Below are positions 1-10,605 of a stretch of 64,000 nt of DNA, in pieces. Source of the DNA: Candidatus Levyibacteriota bacterium (GTDB taxonomy: Bacteria; Patescibacteriota; Microgenomatia; Levybacterales; UBA12049). Every line of letters starts with the position of its first letter. Positions within the stretch are counted from its first letter, which is position 1. Below the pieces are notes generated by a model. That model made no database searches. It was not told the origin of the DNA and saw only the letters and a program-made list of their open reading frames with translations. Made by a program: the position numbers and the translations under genes. The stretch covers positions 46,312 to 110,311 of the forward strand of contig JACPLF010000006.1 in NCBI GenBank assembly GCA_016186645.1, given 5' to 3'.

Positions 1-428
1 ATTTAGATAATCCCTGGAATAAAGACGTAGTGATTATAAGGGAGAAAATTAAATCAAACAAAAAAATTATTTGCCTGGGTTTTGTTTCCAACGAGGAGCT
101 CGTAGCCTTATACAATGCTGCGACTGTTTTTGCTATGCCATCCCTGTACGAAGGATTTGGCTTGCCAATACTTGAGGCTATGAGCTGTGGCTGTCCTGTT
201 GTGACATCCAAAGAAGGTTCAATTCCTGAAATCACTGGCGAGGCCACCCTGAGCGTAGACGCTTATCACGTTGGGAGCATTGCAAAGGGAATTAAAGACG
301 TATTTGATGACAAAGACTTGCAAGCTACACTGTCTGAAGAAGGAATAGAACAGTCAAAGAAGTTCAGCTGGGAAAAGACAGCCATAGAGACAATGTCCGT
401 ATACAGAAAAGTCACCCGCAAGCCTTAG
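1..428 (+). CDS. GT4 family glycosyltransferase, C-terminal part (5' truncated by window edge)
   Basis: Frame is open back to the window start; PSLYEGFGLPILEAMSCGCPV is the GT4 (Glycos_transf_1) signature. Confidence 0.9.
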   Translation, partial: LDNPWNKDVVIIREKIKSNKKIICLGFVSNEELVALYNAATVFAMPSLYEGFGLPILEAMSCGCPVVTSKEGSIPEITGEATLSVDAYHVGSIAKGIKDVFDDKDLQATLSEEGIEQSKKFSWEKTAIETMSVYRKVTRKP

Positions 429-433
429 ATTCT

Positions 434-462
434 TTGCAAATGCAGGCCTTTTTTAATAGAAT
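434..462 (+). promoter_or_regulatory. sigma70-type promoter, leaderless start for 469
   Basis: TTGCAA(434-439)-17 nt-TAGAAT(457-462)-6 nt-ATG(469). Confidence 0.65.
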
Positions 463-468
463 AATAGT

Positions 469-1041
469 ATGGATTTTATTACGCTTAGCAATCTTAGTAG
501 CACAAAATTAATCAAGGACACTTTGGTTCATCCTCTCAAAATCAACAGAGACGCATCAGGAATTCTGGTTGAGACGTTGAGAAAAGATTGGAAGAATATT
601 TATGGTCCAGGCCGTGAATTTGCAATGCAATATTACTCTGTAACAGATAGCGGTGTAGCTCGGGATGAAGATGTTTGGCATTATCATCCGACAGTCCAAG
701 AAGACAGATTCTTGGTGGTTCAAGGTGAGATTATTGTGGCCGTAGCAGATAAAAGGGAGGGTTCAAGTACGAATGGATTATTAAATCTTTTTTATATGCA
801 GGCAGATAAAGATCCTTATATATTGTTAGTTCCTAAAAAGACATTGCATACTTTTATGGTAGTTTCCAAAAAACCGGCAATAATACTTAACTATGCAACC
901 AAGCTTTATAATCCGGCCGAAGAGGGAAGAATACCTTTCGAAGAAGCAGGAGTAAAACTTGCGGATGAGGAATTATTTACATGGGAAAAAGCCAGAAGGG
1001 AATTTCCTAAATTCTACTCTTCTATAAATGCGCAACATTAA
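469..1041 (+). CDS. RmlC-like cupin, NDP-4-keto-6-deoxysugar 3,5-epimerase family
   Basis: D.SG.L.ETLR, QYYSVT..GV.R..WHYH...QEDRF, L.VP....H motifs of the dTDP-4-dehydrorhamnose 3,5-epimerase-like family. Confidence 0.75.
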   Translation: MDFITLSNLSSTKLIKDTLVHPLKINRDASGILVETLRKDWKNIYGPGREFAMQYYSVTDSGVARDEDVWHYHPTVQEDRFLVVQGEIIVAVADKREGSSTNGLLNLFYMQADKDPYILLVPKKTLHTFMVVSKKPAIILNYATKLYNPAEEGRIPFEEAGVKLADEELFTWEKARREFPKFYSSINAQH

Positions 1042-1768
1042 TTTTCTATCTGTTGTTATTCCTGCTTACAAGCAAGAAAAAACAATCTTAAAAGACATAA
1101 GAGATCTTGATGAGTCACTTAAAAGCCTGCCTTATAAGTATGAAATTATCGTAGTTGTGGATGGTTTTATAGACACAACTTTTGGAAAAGCAAAGCAAAT
1201 AGATAAAGAGCATATAAAAGTTTTCGGTTATGAGAAAAACGAAGGCAAAGGTCATGCGGTGAAGTATGGCATGCTGAAGGCAAAAGGTGACGTAATAGGT
1301 TTTGTAGATGCCGGAATGGACTTAAGCCCAACTGGAATTTCTATCCTTTTGGATTCTATGATGTGGCAGGATGCAGATATCATAGTAGGCAGCAAACTCC
1401 ATCCGGATTCAAGAGTAGATTATCCTTATTTTCGTAGAATTCTTTCCTGGGGTTACAGAACATTAACCCATTTATTATTTGGATTCAGCGTTCGCGATAC
1501 GCAGGTCGGGATGAAATTTTTTAAAAGAGAACTAGTTGAAAAAGTTTTCCCAAAACTGTTGGTTAAGGCTTTTGCTTTTGACGTTGAGATTTTGGCAGTT
1601 GCAAATTCGATGGGTTATAAAAAGATAATTGAGGGACCAGTTGAGCTCAATTTCAAAGGAGGAAGCAGTATAACATCGGGAAATTTTTGGATTATTGTAC
1701 TTCTTATGCTTTGGGATACAATGGCAGTTTTTTACAGACTAAAAATTCTTAACTATTATAAAAAATGA
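1028..1768 (+). CDS. GT2 polyprenol-phosphate glycosyltransferase (Dol-P-Glc/Man synthase-like)
   Basis: LSVVIPAY, VVVDG, N.GKG.AV..G, FVDA, DTQ.G.K, FAFDVEIL motifs. Confidence 0.85.
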   Translation: MRNINFLSVVIPAYKQEKTILKDIRDLDESLKSLPYKYEIIVVVDGFIDTTFGKAKQIDKEHIKVFGYEKNEGKGHAVKYGMLKAKGDVIGFVDAGMDLSPTGISILLDSMMWQDADIIVGSKLHPDSRVDYPYFRRILSWGYRTLTHLLFGFSVRDTQVGMKFFKRELVEKVFPKLLVKAFAFDVEILAVANSMGYKKIIEGPVELNFKGGSSITSGNFWIIVLLMLWDTMAVFYRLKILNYYKK

Positions 1769-3045
1769 AAAAAATAATTAAGTCTGCGATGAATCATCCG
1801 TTAGTTACCGGAAGCACAATTATTTTTTTTGGCTCAATGACAGCCAATATACTCAATTATCTCTTTAATTTAGGAATGGGAAGATTTCTCCTAGAGTCAG
1901 AGTATGGGACATTTATATCTTTAATATCAGTATTCAATATTTTCTCAGTTTTATCTACGACCGTAAACACTGTTTTTACAAAATTTTCAGCAGTATTGGT
2001 CGGCCAGAAAAAAGAGGAATTTATAGGCCAGCTTTTTATATCTGGCAGTTGGTGGATTGGAATAATAGCATTTTGCATTACGGGATTTATAATTATATTT
2101 TCTTATCATATCTCGCGTTTTCTTAATATTAACTCAACAATTTTGATAGACATTACTGCTCTTGCTCTTTTTTTCTCCTATTTATCTTTTGTTGGCAATG
2201 GAATTCTTCAGGGTCTTCTTAAATTCGGATATTACTCATTTATAAATATATTTTCTTCTTTGTCAAAGCTTATTTTGGGTCTTGGCTTTATTTTTTTAGG
2301 GTTTAAAGTTTTCGGAGCAATTAGTGCATTTTTCCTGTCTGCTTTGATTGGATATCTGTTGGTCTTTTTCCCCTTACGAAAATTTTTAAAAAATAGCGGA
2401 AAAAAAGATTTTCATTTCTCTAATTTACGGAAAAAACTTTCCCTATATGCACTTCCGGTTTTTTTAGCCAATATTGGGATGACGGCATTCATAACAATAG
2501 ATATTATTTTGGTAAAGCATTTTTTTGAACCAACGACAGCAGGACAATATGCGGCAATATCCACCATGGGCAGATCTATATTTTACGCAGTATCTCCGAT
2601 CGCCTTAGTCCTTTTTCCTTTAGTGGCACAGAGAAAAGAAAGAGGAGAAAATTTAACCGGAATTACGCTTTTGTCTTTATTTTTAATAGGAGTTCCATCT
2701 TTGTTTTTAAGCTTGTTTTATTTTACGTTCCCGGAATTTGTACGTACAATCTTTTATCCTTCTTTTAGCCAAATAATAAATCAATATCTGGGGCCATTCT
2801 CTCTATTTGTCTTATTCTATACACTCTCGTATGTCTTAAATATCTTTTATCTTTCCATTGGCAAAATAAGAGTATACATAATTACAATTTTGGCAGCATG
2901 CGCTGAGACTGCTTTGATATGGTTTTTGCACGATAGTGTTAGTCAGGTAATAAATATTCTAATTTTAAGTTCCTTTTTGTTGTTTTTATCATTGCTATTT
3001 TACTATCCGATCGCAACCAAAAAAACAAGACCTAATTCTATATGA
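1765..3045 (+). CDS. Wzx-like oligosaccharide flippase (MOP superfamily)
   Basis: About 12 hydrophobic segments; R.L..SEYG.F and IDIILVKHFF....AGQYAA motifs; ATGA overlaps on both sides. Confidence 0.85.
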   Translation: MKKIIKSAMNHPLVTGSTIIFFGSMTANILNYLFNLGMGRFLLESEYGTFISLISVFNIFSVLSTTVNTVFTKFSAVLVGQKKEEFIGQLFISGSWWIGIIAFCITGFIIIFSYHISRFLNINSTILIDITALALFFSYLSFVGNGILQGLLKFGYYSFINIFSSLSKLILGLGFIFLGFKVFGAISAFFLSALIGYLLVFFPLRKFLKNSGKKDFHFSNLRKKLSLYALPVFLANIGMTAFITIDIILVKHFFEPTTAGQYAAISTMGRSIFYAVSPIALVLFPLVAQRKERGENLTGITLLSLFLIGVPSLFLSLFYFTFPEFVRTIFYPSFSQIINQYLGPFSLFVLFYTLSYVLNIFYLSIGKIRVYIITILAACAETALIWFLHDSVSQVINILILSSFLLFLSLLFYYPIATKKTRPNSI

Positions 3046-4142
3046 ATATCCTTATTTTTAACTGGAGAGATATAAAACATCCTTTGGCTGGAGGAGCCGA
3101 GATCTCTCTTTTTGAACACGCAAAATATTGGGAGAAGAAAGGGGCAAGCGTCACGTGGTTTGCATCCTCATTTCCTAAAGGGAAAGAAAGAGAAGATGTG
3201 GAAGGAATAAAAATTATAAGAAAGGGTTCTCATTATTCTGTTCACTTTCTTGCATTTTTAAATTATCTGCAAGGTCGTCTGGGCAATCCCAGTATTGTTA
3301 TTGACAGTTTCCATTTTTTACCTTTTTTCACACCTCTTTATATCAAAAAAGCAAAAATAGTAGGACTAATAAACGAAGTTGCAGGAAGAGTTTGGTTCTC
3401 AAATATTATTTTTCCTTTGTCTTTGATTGGTTATTTAATTGAGTCATTATTTTTTGCTTTTTACAAAAATACAAAATTTATTACGAGCTCTGATTCAACA
3501 AGAGATGAGCTTATAAAGTTCGGAATCCTCAAAGAATTTGTAAACATAGTTCATCACGGTGTAACTGTAAAAAAAATAAAAAAAGATATTGTTAAGGAAA
3601 AAAATCCAACGATAATTTTCTTAGGACGTATATCAGAGGACAAGGGTATAAAAGATGCTCTTATGGCTTTCAGTGAATTGAAAGGTAAAATTAAAAACTG
3701 TAAGTTGTGGATTGCGGGTAGAGAAGAAAATGAGGGATATCTGGAAGGATTGATAAAAGGTGTTGGGCTTAACAAATTTAGATCTGAAATTATATATTTT
3801 GATTATGTTTCGGAGGAGAAAAAGTTCGAACTCTTGAAGAAGGCTTGGGTGTTGATTCATCCATCAAGAAAAGAAGGATGGGGCCTTAACGTTATCGAAG
3901 CTGCATCCCAAGGGACGCCTACTGTAGGTTATAACACAGAGGGCCTGAGAGACTCCATTGTAGATGACAAGACTGGTCTTTTGTCCGATCCCAATCCTAA
4001 ATCTTTGGCAGATAAAGCCTTTAAGCTTATTTCAGATAAGAGACTTTACTATAAGTTAGAATTGGGAGCAGAAGAATGGGCCAATAAGTTTAATTGGGAA
4101 GAAAGTAATAGGCAGAGTTGGGAAGTTATAAAAAATATATGA
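3042..4142 (+). CDS. GT4 family glycosyltransferase
   Basis: NWRDIKHP.AGGAE N-terminus; PSRKEGWGLNVIEAA.QGTP motif. Confidence 0.9.
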   Translation: MNILIFNWRDIKHPLAGGAEISLFEHAKYWEKKGASVTWFASSFPKGKEREDVEGIKIIRKGSHYSVHFLAFLNYLQGRLGNPSIVIDSFHFLPFFTPLYIKKAKIVGLINEVAGRVWFSNIIFPLSLIGYLIESLFFAFYKNTKFITSSDSTRDELIKFGILKEFVNIVHHGVTVKKIKKDIVKEKNPTIIFLGRISEDKGIKDALMAFSELKGKIKNCKLWIAGREENEGYLEGLIKGVGLNKFRSEIIYFDYVSEEKKFELLKKAWVLIHPSRKEGWGLNVIEAASQGTPTVGYNTEGLRDSIVDDKTGLLSDPNPKSLADKAFKLISDKRLYYKLELGAEEWANKFNWEESNRQSWEVIKNI

Positions 4143-6127
4143 AAAACATTAAAAACTTTTTTAAATCTTACTGGATCGGGATTTTAATTGCTTTAACATT
4201 CTTTTTTGTGGGATTGAGCACTCTTTCTCATTACGGAATAAATATTGATGAGCCTATTCATTTTGAAAGAGGGAATGCTTATCTGGACCTTTTCCTAACA
4301 GGAAGAACAAAATATACGAATGCTGATTTTCAAAGCCCCAGAGTAAGTGAATGGAAATATAAGGGTTATGATGCAGATTATTTTATAAAAAATGACAGCG
4401 GTCATCCTCCGCTTAGCGGCATTTTAGCAGCCGCAACCAACAGAATTCTTTATGAGAAGTTAGGAGTAATGGATGACTTGGAAGCTTATCATGCATTTGA
4501 ATTATTCATTTCAGCTCTTCTTGTTTTTCTTGTTTTTGCCATGATTAAAAGAAGATATGGCACATTCGCAGGGACTATAGCATGCTTATCGATGGCTCTT
4601 TATCCTTTGTTTTATGGAGAGTCTCACTATAATATTAAGGATCCAATTGAGGCTTCATTTTTTGCTTTTACTCTTTATTTTTTATATCTTGGCGTAGAGA
4701 ATCTTAAAGCAAAATATTTTTTTATTTCAAGTTTTTTTTGTGCCCTAGCTTTTGGAACGAAATTCAATATAATCTTTCTGCCTTTCATAATCATTCCGTA
4801 TCTTTTTGTACGCTTTGGTTTTTCTTTAAATTTTAAAAAGATACCTAAAGGTGTTTATGTAAGCTTATTTTTGTATACAATTATTGTTTTAGTTATTCAT
4901 TTTCTCTCCAGACCCTTTCTGTGGCAGGATCCAATAAACCGTTTCCTATATATAATTGCGTATTATAAAAACATCGGAACAGGGACAAATTTTGAACCAA
5001 TGTTTCTCAAATATGGATGGAACACCTATCCAACATTTTTCGTTGGAATATCTACCCCCCTTGTTATCCTTATTTTATTTATTATTGGCGTATTAGTTGT
5101 CTTATTCAGGATAAAGAAAGAAAAAGATAAGTTCTCTTTCCTTCTACTTTTGTGGTTTGGAGTTACCATTCTTAGGGTTTCACTTCCTGGTACTTCAATA
5201 TATGGTGGAGTAAGGCAGATTATGGAATATATTCCTGCTATGGCAGGAATTGCTGGGTTGGGAGCCTTATATATTCGCGGTCTATTATTCAAGTTTATAA
5301 ATATCAAATTAGCCTCCATAATAATTTTTGCAGCATTTGTTCCTTTGATGGCAACTCTTGTGAGGTTACACCCAAATGAAAATTTATTTATAAATAGTTT
5401 GGTAGGAGGATTGAAGGGGGCAACTGAAAAAAAAATAATGGGAAACGCTTATCTGCAAGGGATATTGTGGCTGAACGAACATGCGGAACAAGGAGCTCGT
5501 TTTGGATTTCCTGTGGGACTTGGATCTAACTTTCCGCCTCAATTCGTACGCAAAGATATTAAATTTGGCGGCCATTTTTCAGGAATGAAACGAGGCGGAG
5601 AATATATGATAGAAATGTTTTCTGTTGAGTTTCCGATCCACAAGTATTCTTATGATTATTTGGATCGCTTTCTTATTCCAGTACATGTAAAGGCTGTAGA
5701 TGGAGTACCAATACTGAAAATTTGGAAAAACGATATAGCCCACACGAGGACTGGATTTGTAAATGAGATAGAGGAAGGAAGAATTTTAGTTGAAAAATCA
5801 GGAGACGGATTATCTTTCTCTGTAAAGCTCAAGGAGCCAGCATTTGTTACTAGAATTGAGATTAATTATAGCAATGATGATTGTACTCGCGAATTTAATG
5901 GAGATTTTAGTTACTCTTATGACGGAGATAAGGAGTATCTTTCTCCCGATGAATCTCCTTTAAATCAGGGTAGATACGTAATTTCCTTACAGACAGTTAA
6001 TAAGCTTGTTTATTTTTTCCCTGCTGTAAAAGCCAAGTGGGTATACGTTACGCCCCATGATTCAAACTCATGTTTGTTGAATGTTAAAAACGTGAGAATT
6101 TTTTCTTTGAAAGATATTAAGCCTTAA
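4139..6127 (+). CDS. GT-C (PMT/ArnT-like, GT39/GT83) membrane glycosyltransferase with soluble C-terminal domain
   Basis: Multi-TM; NIDEP acidic loop motif, HPP, N.KD, TKFN; ATG 4139 overlaps upstream TGA (ATGA); paralog of 7411 and 42113. Confidence 0.8.
   Translation: MKNIKNFFKSYWIGILIALTFFFVGLSTLSHYGINIDEPIHFERGNAYLDLFLTGRTKYTNADFQSPRVSEWKYKGYDADYFIKNDSGHPPLSGILAAATNRILYEKLGVMDDLEAYHAFELFISALLVFLVFAMIKRRYGTFAGTIACLSMALYPLFYGESHYNIKDPIEASFFAFTLYFLYLGVENLKAKYFFISSFFCALAFGTKFNIIFLPFIIIPYLFVRFGFSLNFKKIPKGVYVSLFLYTIIVLVIHFLSRPFLWQDPINRFLYIIAYYKNIGTGTNFEPMFLKYGWNTYPTFFVGISTPLVILILFIIGVLVVLFRIKKEKDKFSFLLLLWFGVTILRVSLPGTSIYGGVRQIMEYIPAMAGIAGLGALYIRGLLFKFINIKLASIIIFAAFVPLMATLVRLHPNENLFINSLVGGLKGATEKKIMGNAYLQGILWLNEHAEQGARFGFPVGLGSNFPPQFVRKDIKFGGHFSGMKRGGEYMIEMFSVEFPIHKYSYDYLDRFLIPVHVKAVDGVPILKIWKNDIAHTRTGFVNEIEEGRILVEKSGDGLSFSVKLKEPAFVTRIEINYSNDDCTREFNGDFSYSYDGDKEYLSPDESPLNQGRYVISLQTVNKLVYFFPAVKAKWVYVTPHDSNSCLLNVKNVRIFSLKDIKP
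5296..5436. repeat. 141-bp exact direct repeat, copy 1
   Basis: Base-for-base identical to 8598-8738 (TATAAATATCAAATTAGCC...CAACTGAAAAAAAAAT). Confidence 0.95.
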
Positions 6128-7361
6128 TGTTTGTGGAAAGCATTTTTTCTATGTGTGACTTCATTTTGTCGAAGCCAAAACGGCTTTTATATGTTTTGTA
6201 GGCATTTTCGCCCAGCCTTTTGCGAAGCGCCGGATTTTTTATCAGTTTTTCTAGAGCTTTCGCCAATGAAGCTTCGTTGCCGCTTTCTACGATTAATCCT
6301 GAAAAATTATCCTTAATATCTTCGGGTATACCATCGCAATTACTTACCACAAGTGTTTTACCGTAACTCATTGATTCCAAAACTGTTAATGCACTACTTC
6401 CCTGGCGCAGAGGAACAACAACTGTTATATCTGCCTCGGTTAAAATAGGGTTGATATCAGCTACAAAGCCTAAGAAAATGACTTTCTTGGTAATATTTAA
6501 TTTTTCCGCTAATTTTTTATTTAATTCATAAAACGATCCAGATCCAACTATTAAGCAGGTGATATTAGGATATTTCTGAGATAGTATTTTTATGGCATGA
6601 ATAATAAAATTTATACCTTTTCTTGGATCTTGTCTGCAAATAGAAACAATAAGAGGGCGAGAATATTTGGTTGTTTCTATGCTCTTGTCTCCTTCTCTTT
6701 TGAAAGTTTCTGCGTACCAAGGAAACATATGAATTTTTTTGTCTTCAACATTAAAGCCTTCTCTGATTATTTTTTTCGAGGAGTTGTAGTGTATTACTAC
6801 CAGATCGCAAAAATCCAAGGTTATTTTCTCAAATAGATTAAATACCCTCGCGACTATTTCATAGACAACTAAATATTTAATTTTAGGTATCAGTCCATAA
6901 TCTTTGACTCTTATTGCATCCAAGGCTCCTTTCATTTCATGACGAGTACTTGTGAAATAACTCGACATCATGGTCATATGAACATTTTTTTGAGGAAATA
7001 TCTTCAGAAAAGCACCCGGAAATGCCCATGGCCCCATTCCCCAAAGGATAAATTTAGCGATTTTCTTTTCTTTGACTATTCTTTTTATTTCTTTAGCAAA
7101 AATAAAGCTATAATAAGGAAGTCCTGCTAATGCTAGATGATGAAGAAATGGAAAAAGTTTCAGTAATTTTGTGTTCAAAATATGAATATCTCCATATTCT
7201 GTCTTTTCAACTCCTTGTTTTTTACCTATTGCTAGGGTGTGAACGGGGTAACCAAGGGAAGTTAGTGTGATTGCCAGAATTCGAGCGTATGCAGGGTACC
7301 CTCCGGGATCTTCTAGGGGAGATTTTCCGCTAATAATGAATACAGGTAGCTTAACTTTCAT
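6117..7361 (-). CDS. GT4 family glycosyltransferase
   Basis: R....KG, FLGFV, VLESMSYGKTLVVS..DGIPE.I.D..SGLIV; first catalytic-motif Glu appears as Gln (LRQGSSALTVLE). Confidence 0.85.
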   Translation of the reverse strand: MKVKLPVFIISGKSPLEDPGGYPAYARILAITLTSLGYPVHTLAIGKKQGVEKTEYGDIHILNTKLLKLFPFLHHLALAGLPYYSFIFAKEIKRIVKEKKIAKFILWGMGPWAFPGAFLKIFPQKNVHMTMMSSYFTSTRHEMKGALDAIRVKDYGLIPKIKYLVVYEIVARVFNLFEKITLDFCDLVVIHYNSSKKIIREGFNVEDKKIHMFPWYAETFKREGDKSIETTKYSRPLIVSICRQDPRKGINFIIHAIKILSQKYPNITCLIVGSGSFYELNKKLAEKLNITKKVIFLGFVADINPILTEADITVVVPLRQGSSALTVLESMSYGKTLVVSNCDGIPEDIKDNFSGLIVESGNEASLAKALEKLIKNPALRKRLGENAYKTYKSRFGFDKMKSHIEKMLSTNIKA

Positions 7362-7369
7362 AGCTGATT

Positions 7370-7410
7370 ATTGTGTTATAATGCAAATCTAGGGATGTTC
7401 TAAATTATAC
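7370..7410. promoter_or_regulatory. Overlapping divergent -10 boxes between 7361(-) and 7411(+)
   Basis: TGTGTTATAAT (extended -10, + strand, ends 7382) and ATTATA (TATAAT on - strand, 7404-7409). Confidence 0.5.
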
Positions 7411-9334
7411 ATGATTAAATCTTCTAAATCTACTAAATGGCTTGACAAAATTGGCTCTTTTTTGAAATTTTATTGGGTTGGAGTTTTAATTTCTTTGATA
7501 TTTTTTGTTGTAGGAATTATAACCCTTTCTCATTATGGAAATAACATAGATGAGCCAATGCATTTTGAAAAGGGAAATGCGTATCTCGACTTCTTCTTAA
7601 CCGGCAGAGAAAAATATACGGATGCCGATTTCACAAGTAAGCGTATCAGTGAATGGAAATATAGAGGATTTGATACGGCATTTTTCTTGAAGACCGATTG
7701 TTGCCATCCTTCTCTGAATGATATTCTGGCCGCTGGGACTAATAGAGTTCTTTATGGACAGTTTGGAATAATGGGTGATCTAGAATCGTATCATGTATTC
7801 GAATTATTTATCTCAACGCTTCTTATATTTCTAGTATTTGCAATGATTAGAAGGAGATACGGTATTTTTGCTGGAACGATAGCGTCTTTATCAATAGCCC
7901 TCTATCCTTTATTCTATGGAGAAGCTCGTTTTAATATTAAAGATCCTATTGAAGCTTCATTTTTCGCTTTTACTCTTTATTTCTTTTATTTAGGTGTTGA
8001 AAAAGCGAGAGCAAAATATTTTTTAATATCAAGTATATTTTGCGCCCTTGCTTTCGGAACTAAATTCAACATTATCTTTTTGCCATTCATAATTATTCCA
8101 TATCTCTTAGTACGTTTTGGTTTTAGTTTTAATTTTAAAAAAATACCCAAAAGAATTTATTTAAGTCTATTTATTTATCCGATTATAGTTTTGGGAGTCA
8201 ATTTTATCTTCAGACCTTATTTGTGGCAAGACCCCATTAATCGTTTCTTGAGTGTTGCCCAATATTATAAAGACATTGGGACAGGGACAGATTATCAGTC
8301 TGCATTTCTTAAATTTGGTTGGAATACGTATCCAACTTTTTTCGTTGGAATTTCTACGCCTCTTATTATTCTCGGATTATTTCTTGTCGGGGTGGTAATT
8401 GCTTTATTTAGAGTAAAACGTGAAAAAGATAAATTTTCCTTTCTTATACTTTTGTGGTTTGCAATTACTATTCTCAGAGTATCAATTCCAGGGACTTCAA
8501 TATATGGGGGAGTAAGACAGATTATGGAGTACGTTCCTGCCATGGCGGCAATTTCAGGATTAGGAGCTTTATACCTTAGAAGTCTCTTGTCCAGATATAT
8601 AAATATCAAATTAGCCTCCATAATAATTTTTGCAGCATTTGTTCCTTTGATGGCAACTCTTGTGAGGTTACACCCAAATGAAAATTTATTTATAAATAGT
8701 TTGGTAGGAGGATTGAAGGGGGCAACTGAAAAAAAAATCTAATTTTCCTCCTCAATTTTTACGTAAAGACATTAAATTTGGTGCAGTAATTTCCGGCATG
8801 AAGCGTAACGGAGAGTATATGATGGAAATGTTTTCTGTGGAATATCCCTCTTCCCGCTATAATATAGATTACCTGGAAAATCTCCTAGATCCTGTATATG
8901 TTTATTATGTTGATGGTGTGCCAATCCTGAAAGTTTGGAAGAACGACATCGTTCACACAAAACCAGCTTTCGCTCTCGAAGTGGAGCTTCATGATCTTAC
9001 TATAAGCGGAGGAGCTAAAGAGGGATTCATACTGCTTGAGCTTAAAAATCCAGCTAGCATATCTAGAATTGAAATAGATCATGATCGCAATTCTTGTAAA
9101 GACGAGAGCACTGGAAGAGTTATGTACTTATCCTTAGACGAAGAAGAAATTCTGCTGCCCGATGATCTCTTTAGATCTCAAAGTTTGTATCCATTATCTC
9201 TTCAAACCCCAACACATTTTGTCTATTTTTTAACAGGACAAAAAACAAAGCAAATTACAATAATTCCTGAAAATAAAAATCTTTGTTTGTTGCAATTCAG
9301 AGCAGTAAAAATATTTGGACTGGCAAGTAAGTGA
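7411..9334 (+). pseudogene. GT-C glycosyltransferase paralog of 4139, split by a frameshifting deletion at 8738 (real or assembly artefact)
   Basis: 7411-8742 aligns to the N-part of 4139; after 8738 the sequence resumes in another frame as SNFPPQFLRKDIKFG..., matching 4139 at 5525; 89 bp missing relative to copy 1. Confidence 0.75.
8598..8738. repeat. 141-bp exact direct repeat, copy 2
   Basis: Identical to 5296-5436. Confidence 0.95.
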
Positions 9335-9342
9335 TTTGATGT

Positions 9343-10560
9343 ATGAAAAAAATAAAAATTTTGGTGGTAACGAGCTCTTTCCCGCGCAGTAAAGCCGATT
9401 GGTGGGGACAATTCATTTTAAAAATTTATGAGCATTTACCTAAAGATAGATTTGCAATAACTATTTTAGCTCCACATTCTCCAGGCGCTAAGTTAAAAGA
9501 AAATTTTGAAGATATTAACATTTTCAGATTTCCATATTTTTACCCCTTTTCCCAAGAAATCTTAACAACAGGAAGCGGTATCTTACATAGTAAAGGCAAT
9601 ATTCTTGCAAAAATACAGGTTTCCACTTTTTTATTATCAGAATTTGTTTACGTAATTTTTATTCTCTTAACAAAGAAATTTGATATAGTTCATTCGCATT
9701 GGATTCTGCCTCAGGGTTTTTTTGGAGTTATAGCAAAATATATATTTAAAATACCTTTAATTGTTACTATACATGGAAGCGATATCTTTGCATTAAAAAA
9801 ACTTAACCTTATTAAATCTTTTGTATTAAGAAAATCAACCATCGTTACCGCAAATAGTACTGCAACACAAAGAGAAGCTTACGCAGTTAGTTCTAATTCA
9901 AATCCACTTTTAATACCAGAAGGTGTAGATTTAAACGTATTCAATTCCAAGAAAAGGGACTTACAATGGAGAAAAAAAATGAATAATAATGACCAAATTA
10001 TTATTGCAGTGGGAAGGCTGATAAAGTGGAAGGGTTTTGACTATCTTATAAAGGCAATGCCTAAAATACTTAAAAAGTTTCCTAAAGTAAAACTTGTTAT
10101 TGTAGGTTCAGGTCCTGAAGAAATGAATTTAAAAAAAATTGTAGAATTTTTGGGATTAGATAAAAATGTTGTATTTTTAAAAAATGTATCTCATGACAAA
10201 CTTTCAGTGATGTATGCATCGAGCGATATTTTCGTGTCTCCATCAATAACGAATGAAGCTAGTGGAGAAAAAGAAGCATTGGGGATTGTTATTATAGAAG
10301 CGATTGCCTCAGGAATTCCGGTTGTTGCGAGCAATAGCGGTGGCATTAGAGATACTGTAGATGGCAAATCAACGGGATTTCTTGCAAAAGAAAAAGATCC
10401 TGATGATATAGCTCAAAAGACAACGGATTTACTATCTAATTTGAAAATTAGAAGAGAAATCATCAAAAAAGGCTTAAGACATGTTGAGAAAAGATATTCA
10501 TGGGATATTCTGGCAAAGAAATATAGTGACTTATATGAAAAATGCATGAAGTTGACATAA
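9343..10560 (+). CDS. GT4 family glycosyltransferase
   Basis: TSSFPR, H.HWILPQG, T.HGSD, GRLIKWKG, EALGIVIIEA..SG.PVV. Confidence 0.9.
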   Translation: MKKIKILVVTSSFPRSKADWWGQFILKIYEHLPKDRFAITILAPHSPGAKLKENFEDINIFRFPYFYPFSQEILTTGSGILHSKGNILAKIQVSTFLLSEFVYVIFILLTKKFDIVHSHWILPQGFFGVIAKYIFKIPLIVTIHGSDIFALKKLNLIKSFVLRKSTIVTANSTATQREAYAVSSNSNPLLIPEGVDLNVFNSKKRDLQWRKKMNNNDQIIIAVGRLIKWKGFDYLIKAMPKILKKFPKVKLVIVGSGPEEMNLKKIVEFLGLDKNVVFLKNVSHDKLSVMYASSDIFVSPSITNEASGEKEALGIVIIEAIASGIPVVASNSGGIRDTVDGKSTGFLAKEKDPDDIAQKTTDLLSNLKIRREIIKKGLRHVEKRYSWDILAKKYSDLYEKCMKLT

Positions 10561-10580
10561 AGAAGCAGAATAACTACGAT
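10552..10580 (+). promoter_or_regulatory. sigma70-type promoter for 10606
   Basis: TTGACA(10552-10557)-17 nt-TACGAT(10575-10580). Confidence 0.65.
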
Positions 10581-10605
10581 ATATGCTGTTATTCAAAAAG
10601 CATAC

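Noticed and set aside
5427-8737. A9 tracts as phase-variable homopolymers causing the 8738 frameshift
   Set aside because: Both copies have nine A; the frameshift comes from an 89-bp deletion, and A/T runs of 8-9 are common in this AT-rich window
5296-8738. DGR template/variable repeat pair
   Set aside because: Copies are 100% identical with no adenine-specific mismatches, and no reverse transcriptase is present
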